A stretch of DNA of 63,854 bases, counting the filler. It is 4 parts of 4 records of this genome, joined end to end, with 100 filler letters (N's around TTAATTAATTAA, not from the genome) between each part and the next. Parts side by side here need not be neighbours in the genome. Positions count along the whole stretch, not along the records: positions 30,188 to 57,727 come from SRR20825019_2221; 3 more parts are not named here. One strand, given 5' to 3'. The notes under the pieces were generated by a model that worked only from the letters and a program-made list of their open reading frames with translations, was not told the origin of the DNA and searched no databases. Shown one piece after another: positions 32,458 through 42,852 of this stretch (its first letter is position 1; each line of letters opens with the position of its first letter). The position numbers were made by a program, and so were the translations under genes.

Positions 32458-33966
32458 ATGAAAAAACATCAGCTGATATTGATAACGTGGCTTGCCTTGC
32501 TCATCGGCAGCCTGCGCCCTGCGGCCGCGCAGGAAGTTGCGCATGTCAATATTGGTGCCATGATCGTTTGCGAACTAGCCTCTTCCACCAACATACCGCC
32601 AAGCTTCAGCGGGGATGGCTGCACCACCATGAATGGCCGTCTTGTCAGCCCCCACAAGCGGGCGATATGGCTACGTATGACAGTGGATATACCTGAGACG
32701 ATGGCGCATAGCCCGCGTCCGCTCGGCCTCTTTATATCCGCCAAGGCAGCGAGCCGTGCCTGGGTCAATGGCCAGCTTATAGGCAATAATGGTGAACCTG
32801 CGCACAATGCTGAAGCGGAGGTGCCCGGACGCATGGACGCAGTGTTCCCTGTGCCTCACGGCCTGCTTCATGCGGGCGAAAACACCGTTATCATCCAGAT
32901 GTCTGGCCATCATGGGTATATAGGCCTGGTGTCACCTATCCATTTCATCGCTATCGCGGCCTATGCCGCCCCCTCAGACACCATCTTGCGGGAATACATG
33001 CCATCCCTACTGCCGCTGGGTGTCCTGGTGCTGGGCGCGCTTTATTTCGGCGTTCTGGCTATTCGGCGCAGGGACTATGGCCCGCGCCTCCTCATACCAC
33101 TTACGGCGCTTTTTTCTGCGGCACAGCTTCTGGCCGAGGTGTCCCGGGGCTTCACCCCCTATCTGTACCCGTTTCACGATATCAGGCTTGTCCTCATTCT
33201 TGCTTTTGCCGTCGCCACCGGCGTTTCACTATTTCTTCACGTGTTAACCCGTTTTCTTGGCAAACACCGCTGGCTTATCGCAGGCATTTCGCTTGTGATT
33301 TATGCCGCGCTGCTTCTGTTTGCGGACGGATTCGACCGCAAAAGCTCCCTCGCACTTTTATTGCCCAGCTTGTATGCCATGATGATCGCGGTTTATGCGA
33401 GCACACGCGGTGCCAAACTTGCGGGTGGTTACGCGGCCGCACTGTTTCTGTTCTCAGGCCTTATCTTTTTCACGCCAACCCAGTTTCTTGATACCTATTT
33501 CTACTATTGTGTTGCCGGGCTTCTGCTCTTTCTCTTCATCGGCGAGATCCGGGATCACCAGCGGGAGCGGCGCTTGCGGGAGCGCGAGAAAGCCCGCGCA
33601 GACAAATTGCAGGTTATTCTGGACGAAAGCCGGGAACGGGAAAGCCCCACCAACATCAAGATCACCAGCGCTGGCAAGGTGGAATTTATCCCCACAAGCG
33701 ATATCGCCTTTTGCAAAGGAGCCGGGGATTATGTCGAGCTTACGGTGAAAGGCCGTGCCCCCGTGCTGCACAGCCAAAGCCTGAACGACATGGAAACTGA
33801 GCTACCGGGCACCTTTCTGCGTGTGCACCGGTCTTATCTCGTGAACACGGCTTTTATCAGGGCGCTTGAGCGTGAAGCTTCTGGCGCTCAGCTCATTCTC
33901 ACCACCGGTGAAACCGTGCCGGTAAGCCGCCGTATCCTGCCAAGTGTGCGCAAGGCCCTCACCTGA
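32458..33966 (+). CDS. Membrane-bound one-component regulator: periplasmic beta domain + multi-TM + LytTR DNA-binding domain
   Basis: Signal peptide, about 6-7 TMs, C-terminal GDYVEL...FLRVHRSYLVN...VPVSRR; no receiver domain. Confidence 0.88.
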   Translation: MKKHQLILITWLALLIGSLRPAAAQEVAHVNIGAMIVCELASSTNIPPSFSGDGCTTMNGRLVSPHKRAIWLRMTVDIPETMAHSPRPLGLFISAKAASRAWVNGQLIGNNGEPAHNAEAEVPGRMDAVFPVPHGLLHAGENTVIIQMSGHHGYIGLVSPIHFIAIAAYAAPSDTILREYMPSLLPLGVLVLGALYFGVLAIRRRDYGPRLLIPLTALFSAAQLLAEVSRGFTPYLYPFHDIRLVLILAFAVATGVSLFLHVLTRFLGKHRWLIAGISLVIYAALLLFADGFDRKSSLALLLPSLYAMMIAVYASTRGAKLAGGYAAALFLFSGLIFFTPTQFLDTYFYYCVAGLLLFLFIGEIRDHQRERRLREREKARADKLQVILDESRERESPTNIKITSAGKVEFIPTSDIAFCKGAGDYVELTVKGRAPVLHSQSLNDMETELPGTFLRVHRSYLVNTAFIRALEREASGAQLILTTGETVPVSRRILPSVRKALT

Positions 33967-34127
33967 TTGGCCCATCTTCCCACCTATCACTGCCCCCATG
34001 GCCGCCATGAAGTTAACATGATTATATGCTTCATCTGTCATTCAGGTGCCTTCAGGCATTCAGGTGAGAACAGGACGATCCCGAAATTCAGATTTCTCGG
34101 GACAAAACACCAACCAATGGGGTGATT

Positions 34128-35735
34128 ATGAAACCGCAACTCTCTGTGCTTCCATTTCTTGCAATTTTTGCTGTGCCAGCTGCTGAGGCGGATGACTTCA
34201 CGCTCACCGCCCCGATCGAGGCAGTCACGGTCTACCAAACCGGTGGTGCTGTTGTGCGCCGTGGGGGTGAGCTTACCTTGCCGCCGGGTGAACACACGAT
34301 CACCCTGATGGGCCTGACATCACGCCTTGACGAGAATTACGGCATCCACGCTTTTGCTGATGGTATCGAGGTTGGTGGCGTGCGCAACAAGCTGAGCTTC
34401 ATGCCGCGGAACTATACCGGCGCGCAAGCCGCACTTGTGGAACGCCTGAAAGCGGCGCGCGCGGAACTCAACGCCACCGACAATAAAATCAAGGCCATCG
34501 ACATGCGCCTCGCCTACCTGAACGGCATTGGCGGTAACAACAATGCGTCCGGCGACCCAAAATCATGGCAGGCCGCTCTCGAGTTTATCGGCGACACCGG
34601 TGCGAAGCTGATGAGCGACAAGGAAGCACTTAATATCACTCGCATAGACCAGGCCGAGCTGGTGCAGGCGCTTGAGCGTGAGTTCAATGCGCTTGGTAGC
34701 GGTAATGACCAGAGCTATGACGCGGTGATCACGGTGAATGTGCCCAAAAGCGGCGATTATACTTTTGATGTCAGCTACCTTGTTGGCAACGCCCGGTGGG
34801 GTATCACCACGGAAGCAGACCTTGATAGTGAGGCCAAACAGGCCGGCATCACGCTTAAGGCAGATGTGATGCAGTCAAGCGGTGAAGCGTGGGACGATGT
34901 AACCCTGAGCCTTTCAACCGCTCGTCCGTCATGGACTATTGCAGCGCCTGAGATGGTGCCTGAGTTCCTGCGCCCCCGCGAGCGGGAGGAATATTACGCC
35001 GCAGACCAGATGGAGATGGCGGCCCCTGCCCCCGCCGCTGCCCGTCAGCTCAACGACATGAAGATGGAGAGTGCGCGATACGGCGCCAGCCAAAGCGCCA
35101 CGACCTATGATATGGAGTTCACCATCAACACCCCGGCGGATGTACCAACCTCCGGCACACCGCAGCAGTTCAAGATGGATGAAGTCAGCCTGAATGCCGA
35201 TATCATAACCCGTGTGACCCCCCGGTTTGATGCCAGACACGCTTATGTTTATGCCGACGTGACACTTGAAGGTCTGCCAAGGCTCGATAACGTCACTGCG
35301 CGGCTGAGCCGGGACGGCTTCTATGCCGGTAAAGGGAGTTGGCCACAGTTGGTGCCTGGCGAAGAAACGTCACTTCCCTTTGGGGCTGACAGTGGCATCA
35401 AGGTGGAAACCATAACCGTACCGTCCCACGACGGTGACACTGGCTTCATTTCCAAAAAAAATGTGGTGGAAAAAAAAGTGATCTACCGCATCACTAATCA
35501 ACGTAAGAAGGCAGCAATCGTTGAAGTGACAGACCGCATGCCTGTTTCTGCCCACGAAGATGTGAAGGTTGAGCTTTTGCAAGGCGCGACACCTGCGAGC
35601 ATTACCGACAAAGACGGTAAAGCTGGCGTCATTGTGTGGCAGAAGGAACTAAAGCCCGGTGAAGTATGGGAGATCCAACATGAGTATCGGATCACCTATC
35701 CGAGCGGAAAAATATTGAACCGCTCATCTTCTTGA
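34128..35735 (+). CDS. DUF4139 / MuiA-like secreted protein
   Basis: IEAVTVY..GAVVRRGG, coiled coil, QSSGEAWDDVTLSLSTARP, VEVTDRMPVS. Confidence 0.8.
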   Translation: MKPQLSVLPFLAIFAVPAAEADDFTLTAPIEAVTVYQTGGAVVRRGGELTLPPGEHTITLMGLTSRLDENYGIHAFADGIEVGGVRNKLSFMPRNYTGAQAALVERLKAARAELNATDNKIKAIDMRLAYLNGIGGNNNASGDPKSWQAALEFIGDTGAKLMSDKEALNITRIDQAELVQALEREFNALGSGNDQSYDAVITVNVPKSGDYTFDVSYLVGNARWGITTEADLDSEAKQAGITLKADVMQSSGEAWDDVTLSLSTARPSWTIAAPEMVPEFLRPREREEYYAADQMEMAAPAPAAARQLNDMKMESARYGASQSATTYDMEFTINTPADVPTSGTPQQFKMDEVSLNADIITRVTPRFDARHAYVYADVTLEGLPRLDNVTARLSRDGFYAGKGSWPQLVPGEETSLPFGADSGIKVETITVPSHDGDTGFISKKNVVEKKVIYRITNQRKKAAIVEVTDRMPVSAHEDVKVELLQGATPASITDKDGKAGVIVWQKELKPGEVWEIQHEYRITYPSGKILNRSSS

Positions 35736-35946
35736 TACTAACGGGTAAACCAGGTCCAAAATCCGATAATGCTGACTGACAGCGTTGTCGGATTTTTCCC
35801 CTGTCTGCGTTTCAACGCTTGTGGAAATTAGCTTATCTGCCTAGATTGCGGGTAGGACTTTATTTACTTAACCCTGTCATGATGCGGGGTGTTTTAAGTT
35901 TAAGGCCCGCAAAGGCGGCCGTAGTTACACAGGGAAAGACAAAACC

Positions 35947-36780
35947 TTGACGCCGCTGTTTAGTAGAAAATCTATAATCCCTGATACAATCAAAGCTATA
36001 TTTTCTGCGACCATAGCGTTTTCTTTGGGCGGCACAGCCCATGCGCAACCCCAGTCGCGACCGATTCCTGAGAAAATCATCCGTGTCGCCACACGGCATT
36101 TCCTTCCGCCTTATGTTTATGAAAATGCGGAGTCAGGGATCGAGATTGATCTCGTGAAGGCTGTCTTCAAGGAAAGTAACTTTGGCATTGAATTTGTTCA
36201 ACTGCCGCGCATTCGCATGATCTCCTCGTTTGAAGATAACCAGCTTGACGGCATCCTGACCCAGAATGTGAAAGCTTCAAACGTCGGCTGCGCCACCAAA
36301 TGGTATATCGAGCACCAGAATGTTGCACTCACGGTCGGCTCTCGGCAGCTGAAAGTCGACACACTCAACGATCTTTCGAACTTTGCGGTGATTTCCTTCT
36401 CTGGTGCCACGCGTTACCTGGGAAAAACGTTCTCGGATGCAGTACAACTCTCCCGCCGCTATACGGAAAGCGGTGATCAGGGCACGCATATCTCCCTGCT
36501 CTATAAAGGACGGTTTGACGTGGCTGTGGGTGATAACTGGATTTTGCGTCTAGCGCAAAAGCGCCACCTTGACCAGACGGGGGAATATATGGCGCTTGAT
36601 ACCCACAAGGTCATGCCCGCAAGCCACTATGTCGCCCGCTTCCATGATCAGGAAATGTGCGACGCGTTTGATACGGCGCTTGATAAAATCCGCGATAATG
36701 GCGCCTATAACGAGATATGGGCCAGCTACCGTGCCCGCATCTATGTTGAAGCGGGCATGAAGCCAGCACCTTTGCCTTAA
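35947..36780 (+). CDS. Periplasmic substrate-binding protein, family 3 (start uncertain)
   Basis: PPYVY..SGIEIDLV, LYKGRFDVAVGD, FDTALDKIRDNGAY. Confidence 0.8.
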   Translation: MTPLFSRKSIIPDTIKAIFSATIAFSLGGTAHAQPQSRPIPEKIIRVATRHFLPPYVYENAESGIEIDLVKAVFKESNFGIEFVQLPRIRMISSFEDNQLDGILTQNVKASNVGCATKWYIEHQNVALTVGSRQLKVDTLNDLSNFAVISFSGATRYLGKTFSDAVQLSRRYTESGDQGTHISLLYKGRFDVAVGDNWILRLAQKRHLDQTGEYMALDTHKVMPASHYVARFHDQEMCDAFDTALDKIRDNGAYNEIWASYRARIYVEAGMKPAPLP

Positions 36781-36789
36781 TTAAGTTTT

Positions 36790-37329
36790 TTAAAAACTGC
36801 TACCGGGCTTTTTCAGGAACTCGACTTCTTCCGGCGTACTTTTACGGCCCAGAATGTCATTCCGGTGCGGGTAACGGCCAAACCGGTCAATGATCGCCTT
36901 ATGCCGGTGCGCAAAATCCAGGTTATTCTCAAGCCCCGGCCCCTCAAACAGCTTGATGCAGTCTTCCTGCACTTTGGCACTCTCGCTATGCATATAGGGC
37001 ATGAACAGGAAGGCGCGCCACGAGGCGGGCCAATTCTCATAACCGCCTGCGCGCACCGCTTCCTGGCTTAGCATAAGCGCGAGGGCGTCGGCTTGGAACG
37101 CGCGCGCGTCATCACGGAACATATTGCGCGGAAACTGGTCGAGCACAATGATCTCCGCCAACCGGCCACGGATCGTGTCCCGCCAATGCGCAAGTTCACC
37201 CCGCACCGCGGCTTCATATACCCCAAGGAACCGCCTGCGGATCACATCATCAAAGCTTTTGGACTTTTCCCACCAGCTTTTCTCACTGATCTCATTAAAC
37301 CAGAAATTCAAGATATCCTCTGCACGCAT
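36790..37329 (-). CDS. DUF924 family protein
   Basis: IIVLDQFPRNMFR, FLFMPYMHSE, IIDRFGRYPHRN.ILGR.ST. Confidence 0.92.
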   Translation of the reverse strand: MRAEDILNFWFNEISEKSWWEKSKSFDDVIRRRFLGVYEAAVRGELAHWRDTIRGRLAEIIVLDQFPRNMFRDDARAFQADALALMLSQEAVRAGGYENWPASWRAFLFMPYMHSESAKVQEDCIKLFEGPGLENNLDFAHRHKAIIDRFGRYPHRNDILGRKSTPEEVEFLKKPGSSF

Positions 37330-37348
37330 ATTGTCGTCTCCTTATAGT

Positions 37349-38509
37349 TTATCGTTTTGGCAGTGTGCGGATAATCGCTTCGCCAAAAGCGACCGCTTCA
37401 TCCATCACATCCAGGTCAAGATGTTCCGCCCTGTCTTCCATGGTGTGGATATACGGCATCATGCCGTTTTCATCATAGGCCGCGATGGTGAGCGATGAGA
37501 TACCGTCCCGGCAGAACCACACGCTGTCAAAATCACCCACATGGTGTTTGGCTTCCTTCACACCAGCAAAGCGCTTGTTTAATTTGGTTAGCGCGTGGGC
37601 CGCGTGCGGCAGGGCTCCATCATAATACACCGGCGTAAAGCCGCCACTCTCCAGCACAAACGAGAGCTGGCCAAAGCCGACCGTATCGAAATTCAGCACA
37701 TGGGTATCGCGTGCTTTCAGCTCCTCATGGTGCTGTTCCCAATAGTGCTGCGCGCCCAGCATGCCCGCTTCTTCCGCCGTGGTGATCACAAGCCTCACCT
37801 CAGCGCCCTCCGGCATTTTGGCCCACAGGCGGGAGGCAACTTCCGTGGCCGCCGCAACACCCGTCAGGTTATCGTTCGCCCCCGGCGTATAGCCAAAACG
37901 CCAGAAATCCAGGCTTGCCATCACCACTTGTGCGATGGTGAGCAGGATAATGGGTGCTTTGATGAACCACGGCACGTCAAGGCCCGAAAGGGACGCCAGC
38001 GGCACCAGAAACCCGAGCGATATGATGCCGGTGCTCAGGTATACCGATGTTTTGAAATGCGGCACCTGCTCAGGCCGATAGGCAAAAGAGGCTGGCGCGC
38101 TGTCGATATGCGCCATCAAGATGATCAGCCGTCGTCCCGCACCCTTTTTCGCCACCAAATTAGCCGTTGTGGTGCGCGCCAGCAGCCAAATGGGCCGTGT
38201 CACCCGCCAGTCAAAAAAGCGCATATGGCTGATAAGGACCATTAGGCCACCAGCGGCCATAACCAACGAGCCATAACCACTGAAGGCGATGAAAAAACAC
38301 TGGCTGAGGGCAATAGCCCAAAAGAACGGCAGGTAGGAACGCGGGGTGAAAAAACCCTCTTCCGCCACCTCAACGCCAATCTCGCCGGTGAGGTGCGCCA
38401 TCAGCATCTCGCGCGCTTCCATCTCCTCGTCCGAGCCCACACCGCGGTGCGGCCATTCGCTCAACAGCGTCAATATCTGCCGTGCCTTAAGCGCCACCTT
38501 TGCCCTCAC
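37349..38509 (-). CDS. M28 family metallopeptidase with inserted TM hairpins
   Basis: [30 protein letters not shown]; four hydrophobic segments. Confidence 0.85.
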   Translation of the reverse strand: MRAKVALKARQILTLLSEWPHRGVGSDEEMEAREMLMAHLTGEIGVEVAEEGFFTPRSYLPFFWAIALSQCFFIAFSGYGSLVMAAGGLMVLISHMRFFDWRVTRPIWLLARTTTANLVAKKGAGRRLIILMAHIDSAPASFAYRPEQVPHFKTSVYLSTGIISLGFLVPLASLSGLDVPWFIKAPIILLTIAQVVMASLDFWRFGYTPGANDNLTGVAAATEVASRLWAKMPEGAEVRLVITTAEEAGMLGAQHYWEQHHEELKARDTHVLNFDTVGFGQLSFVLESGGFTPVYYDGALPHAAHALTKLNKRFAGVKEAKHHVGDFDSVWFCRDGISSLTIAAYDENGMMPYIHTMEDRAEHLDLDVMDEAVAFGEAIIRTLPKR

Positions 38510-38610
38510 CCTTCATCTGCTTACACATCCCGCATCTTTTCCCTTACATCTTGGCGCCAAGTCCAGTAAATAAGCCCGCAATGAGACAAGCTAATGTAAG
38601 GTGTAGCGGC

Positions 38611-39948
38611 ATGGCAAACGAGTTTAAGGAAATCCATATCATCGGCGGCGGCCTCGCGGGCTCAGAGGCCGCATGGCAGGCGGCAGAGATGGGCGTGCCC
38701 GTTATCCTGCATGAAATGCGCCCTGTGCGTAAAACCGACGCGCACCACACAGATGGCCTGGCCGAGCTTGTATGCTCCAACTCTTTCCGTTCAGACGATG
38801 CTGTCAATAACGCGGTTGGCCTGTTGCACGAGGAAATGCGCAAGCTGAACTCCCTTATCATGACAGCGGCTGAGAAACACAAGGTGCCAGCGGGCTCGGC
38901 TCTGGCGGTAGACCGTGACGGTTTCTCGGAAGAAGTTACTGGCATTTTAAACAATCACCCCCTCATCACCATTGAGCGCGGCGAAATTGAAGGCCTGCCC
39001 CCTAAGGATTGGGACAATGTGATCATCGCCACCGGCCCGCTCACAAGCCCAGCGCTCTCAAGTGCGGTGCTGGAGCTGTGCGGTGAAGACAGCCTCGCGT
39101 TTTTTGATGCCATTGCCCCGATTATCGACAAGGAAAGCATCAACTTCGATATCGCATGGTATCAAAGCCGGTATGACAAGGGTGACGGCGCAGATTATAT
39201 CAACCTGCCGATGACCAAAGCCCAGTATGAAGAGTTCATTCATGACCTCAACACCGGCGAGAAGACAGATTTCAAACAGTGGGAGAAAGACACCCCCTAT
39301 TTTGAAGGCTGCATGCCCATTGAAGTGATGGCGGAACGTGGGCCGGAAACGCTGCGCTTTGGCCCGATGAAACCGGTGGGCCTAACCTGCCCGCATTGGG
39401 ACGAAAAACCCTATGCCGTGGTGCAGCTTCGGCAGGATAACAAGCTCGGCACGCTCTACAATATGGTCGGCTTCCAAACCAAGCTGAAGTATGGCGAGCA
39501 ACAGCGTATTTTCAAGAAGATCCCGGGGCTTGAGAATGCCACCTTCTTCCGCCTTGGCGGCTTGCACCGCAATACCTTCCTCAACAGCCCCAAGGTGCTG
39601 GACGGTATGATGCGCATGAAAGCAGACCCCCGCCTCCGGTTCGCGGGGCAAGTGACTGGCGTTGAAGGTTATGTGGAATCAGCCGCCATGGGCCTGATGG
39701 CGGGCCGCATGGCCGCGACAGAGCGCAAGGGCGGTACACCCACCACCCCGCCTGAAACCACGGCTTTTGGTGCGCTTATCAGCCACATCACTGGCGGTGC
39801 GGATGCCAAAACCTTCCAGCCCATGAATGTGAATTTCGGCCTGTTTCCGCCGCTTGAAGGCAAAGTGTATAAGAAAGAACGCAAACCGGCCATGAGCCGC
39901 CGCGCCCTTGAAGCCCTTGAGGCATGGAAGGCTGAGATAGAAAGATAA
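38611..39948 (+). CDS. trmFO: tRNA (uracil-5)-methyltransferase TrmFO
   Basis: [48 protein letters not shown]. Confidence 0.96.
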   Translation: MANEFKEIHIIGGGLAGSEAAWQAAEMGVPVILHEMRPVRKTDAHHTDGLAELVCSNSFRSDDAVNNAVGLLHEEMRKLNSLIMTAAEKHKVPAGSALAVDRDGFSEEVTGILNNHPLITIERGEIEGLPPKDWDNVIIATGPLTSPALSSAVLELCGEDSLAFFDAIAPIIDKESINFDIAWYQSRYDKGDGADYINLPMTKAQYEEFIHDLNTGEKTDFKQWEKDTPYFEGCMPIEVMAERGPETLRFGPMKPVGLTCPHWDEKPYAVVQLRQDNKLGTLYNMVGFQTKLKYGEQQRIFKKIPGLENATFFRLGGLHRNTFLNSPKVLDGMMRMKADPRLRFAGQVTGVEGYVESAAMGLMAGRMAATERKGGTPTTPPETTAFGALISHITGGADAKTFQPMNVNFGLFPPLEGKVYKKERKPAMSRRALEALEAWKAEIER

Positions 39949-39954
39949 ATCGAA

Positions 39955-40554
39955 ATGAAATTATCGACAGAGTGGCTGGTTATAGGAGGGGTAGGGTTCT
40001 TCATAGGAACCGGCTGGGGCATATTTGTAGCCGAGAGAGCTATTTCTTTTAGCAAAGAAGATTGGGAAATTGCCGCAACGTTAGCCACACTCGCAATGGT
40101 ATTCATAAGCTTCTATTCCATATTCATCACACCCAAAAAAGGAGCCTATAATATCTTTGGGGCTCTGGTGGTTGAGCTCGCAATTACACGTAAATTAATA
40201 GAAGAAATTAGAAGTATCCCAAGAGAAAACCATCTACCAACGCTCCGCAAGTTAACTTGTGACTCGTATGATCTGGCGCTACCTCATCTAGGGCTCCTAG
40301 GCAACGACGCGGTGGAGTTTATCGACTGCTATAAACAGATTCAGAGAACTCAACAGAATTGGGAACAAATATACGCTGCGATAATCGCTGCCTCAGATCA
40401 ATTAGGTGCCAAGTATAAAGAATCTGAGGCAAAAGAACATTATGATGAACAGCTAGGCCAAGTGCTGGACCGGGGGCTAAAAATTGCGAACGCCTCTGCG
40501 CTTACATGTATAAAAATTTTAAATCGCAATGGCGCATTTACCCGCAAGCGTTAG
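39955..40554 (+). CDS. Hypothetical membrane protein, AT-rich
   Basis: 199-aa ORF 6 nt after trmFO; two N-terminal TMs; markedly lower GC than neighbours. Confidence 0.6.
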   Translation: MKLSTEWLVIGGVGFFIGTGWGIFVAERAISFSKEDWEIAATLATLAMVFISFYSIFITPKKGAYNIFGALVVELAITRKLIEEIRSIPRENHLPTLRKLTCDSYDLALPHLGLLGNDAVEFIDCYKQIQRTQQNWEQIYAAIIAASDQLGAKYKESEAKEHYDEQLGQVLDRGLKIANASALTCIKILNRNGAFTRKR

Positions 40555-40643
40555 TTCCATTAACACGCATATATTGCCGGTACTTTGAGGGGGCTCGCTT
40601 TCCTTGTTTCCCCTATCGACAATCCCTAGAAAGCCATGATGCC

Positions 40644-41012
40644 TCAGCTTTGATAGAGCGCGAAATGGCAGCCTGCCGGGTCTCTCACGATGGCCATGGT
40701 GCCGCCGCCAGCGCCGCGTGGGCCGTCCACTATGGTGCCGCCCGCCGCTTCCGCTGTTTTCAGCGCATCATCCATTGAAGCTATAGTGAAATACGGCATC
40801 CAGCCCGGCGGTACGCCCTTGTTAGCCCCGCGTGCGTGGCAAATGCCGCCCACGGCTTCGCCTGCGCTGTCCATCATCACATAGTCGTCATAGTCGCCCA
40901 TGCTGGCGGCCTCAACGCCCCAGCCCACCACATCTTTATAGAAACCCTTCAGCCCCGATGCATCATCCACCGTGATATCCAGCCACCCAACCTTACCCAA
41001 AGCATCCGCCAT
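40644..41012 (-). CDS. VOC / glyoxalase family protein
   Basis: GWLDITV, FYKDVVGW, WMPYF, VRDPAGCHFAL. Confidence 0.9.
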   Translation of the reverse strand: MADALGKVGWLDITVDDASGLKGFYKDVVGWGVEAASMGDYDDYVMMDSAGEAVGGICHARGANKGVPPGWMPYFTIASMDDALKTAEAAGGTIVDGPRGAGGGTMAIVRDPAGCHFALYQS

Positions 41013-41101
41013 GATGATCCTCCCTATCGTCTACTAGTTGCCGTGTACTTTAACCCTATCGCTGGCCGAACGGTAGAAATTGTGTTTCCCCATCCCTCAC
41101 C

Positions 41102-41192
41102 CCGTCACTCCCGCGCAGGCGGGAGTCCAGCAACCGTTCGCAGCTCGCTTGTTATCAACCATTCTGGATGCCCGTCTGCACGGGCATGACGG
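41102..41192. repeat. REP-like palindromic element, copy 2
   Basis: GTCACTCCCGCGCAGGCGGGAGTCCAG ... CTGGATGCCCGTCTGCACGGGCATGAC. Confidence 0.85.
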
Positions 41193-41321
41193 TGGATGTA
41201 CGCCGGGTGATAACAGCCTCGTGATCAGGGCGCCATCTTGACCATGCCCTCATTCCGCGCCACTCTCCGCGCCGGGGTTCAAAAAGACAATTGATTTAAA
41301 CGGGAACGATTGAGGACAGAC

Positions 41322-42734
41322 ATGCCAGTGAAATCGAGATTAGCCGGTGCCGCCGTTGCGGCGCTGATGGCTTCAGCTATAGGCGCACACGCTTTTGCGG
41401 CTGAGATCACGCCACTCTCCGACGAGACGGTAGAAACCGCCAAAGCTATCCGCGACAAGGCGCTTGAAAGCGATGAAGCCTATGAAATCCTTGCCTCCCT
41501 CACCACTGAAGTGGGCGCGCGGCTGGCCGCAAGCCCCAAGGAAGTGGAGGCGCAAGCATGGGCCGTGGCCAAGTTCAAGGAACTGGGTTTCGACAGGGTG
41601 TGGAAAGAACCGGTCATGGTACCGAAGTGGACGCGCGTCAGCGAAAGCGCATCCGTGATCGCGCCGTTCGCGCAGCCCTTGGTGATCACCGCCCTTGGTA
41701 AATCAGTCGCGACACCTGAAGGTGGTGTTGAAGCCGAGATCGCGCATTTTGCCACCTATGCAGACCTTGAGGCCGCTGAGCCGGAGGCCGTTGAAGGCAA
41801 GATTGTTTTCATCTCCAACCGTATGGAACGCTTCAGGACCGGCGCGGGCTATGGCCCTGCGGTGAAAGCACGCAGCGCAGGCGCGAGTATGGCAGCCAGC
41901 AAGGGCGCGCTTGCGATCATCATTCGCTCCATCGGCACAGATACGCACCGCCTACCGCACACCGGCGGCGTAACCTATGACGAGGCTCAGCCAAAAATTG
42001 CCGCTGCCGCACTTTCCAACCCGGATGCCGACCAGCTTGTGCGCATGTTGGGGTACGGGGAAGCGGTAACGGTGCACGTGGATATCCAGACCACGATGGA
42101 AGAGCCTGTTGAGATGTTCAACGTGATCGGTGAGATCACCGGCCGCACGAAGCCGGACGAGGCCATTATCCTTGGTTCTCACCTTGATAGCTGGGACCTT
42201 GGCACCGGCGCGATTGATGACGGCGCAGGCGTTGCCATCACCATGGCCGCCGCCAACCTTATTCAGGACTTCTCCGACCAGCGCCCCTACCGCAGCATCC
42301 GTGTGGTGGCCTTTGCGGCAGAAGAGCTGGGCCTGATTGGTGCCCGCCAATATGCAGAAGCCCACAAGGACAAGGATATGGACCTGCATATCATTGGCGC
42401 GGAATCTGATTTTGGCGCGGGGCCTGTGTGGGCGCTGGCGTCAAACGTAAACCCGGCTTCGCTGCATGTGGTGGATAAAATGGCCGCTGTTATGGGCCCC
42501 CTTGGTGTTGTGCGCTCAGACCGCAAAGCGGGCGGCGGGCCCGATGTGGGGCAACTGGCCCGCGCAGGTATGCCGGTGATGGACCTGATGCAGGACGGCA
42601 CTGACTATTTTGACCTGCATCACACGGCAGACGATACGCTGGACAAGGTTGACCCGGTGGCGCTTCGCCAGAATGTGGCGGCGTGGGTAAGCTTCGCTTA
42701 TATCGCGGCGGAGTGGCCCGGCTATTTCCGCTAA
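41322..42734 (+). CDS. Secreted M28 peptidase (carboxypeptidase Q-like)
   Basis: Signal peptide, PA domain, GSHLDSWD, GAIDDGAG, AEELG, HHTADD. Confidence 0.92.
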   Translation: MPVKSRLAGAAVAALMASAIGAHAFAAEITPLSDETVETAKAIRDKALESDEAYEILASLTTEVGARLAASPKEVEAQAWAVAKFKELGFDRVWKEPVMVPKWTRVSESASVIAPFAQPLVITALGKSVATPEGGVEAEIAHFATYADLEAAEPEAVEGKIVFISNRMERFRTGAGYGPAVKARSAGASMAASKGALAIIIRSIGTDTHRLPHTGGVTYDEAQPKIAAAALSNPDADQLVRMLGYGEAVTVHVDIQTTMEEPVEMFNVIGEITGRTKPDEAIILGSHLDSWDLGTGAIDDGAGVAITMAAANLIQDFSDQRPYRSIRVVAFAAEELGLIGARQYAEAHKDKDMDLHIIGAESDFGAGPVWALASNVNPASLHVVDKMAAVMGPLGVVRSDRKAGGGPDVGQLARAGMPVMDLMQDGTDYFDLHHTADDTLDKVDPVALRQNVAAWVSFAYIAAEWPGYFR

Positions 42735-42757
42735 GCATAGGCAGCAAAACATAATCG

Positions 42758-42789
42758 AACGGCCCGGACGATGTTCCGGGTCGTTTTTT
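42758..42789 (+). terminator. Rho-independent terminator
   Basis: AACGGCCCGGA-loop-TCCGGGTCGTT followed by a T-run. Confidence 0.75.
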
Positions 42790-42852
42790 GTGGGGATATA
42801 GCGCGTGCGCTGCTATCGTAGCGCGTATAGACCGCATAGAACCGGGGCATTT

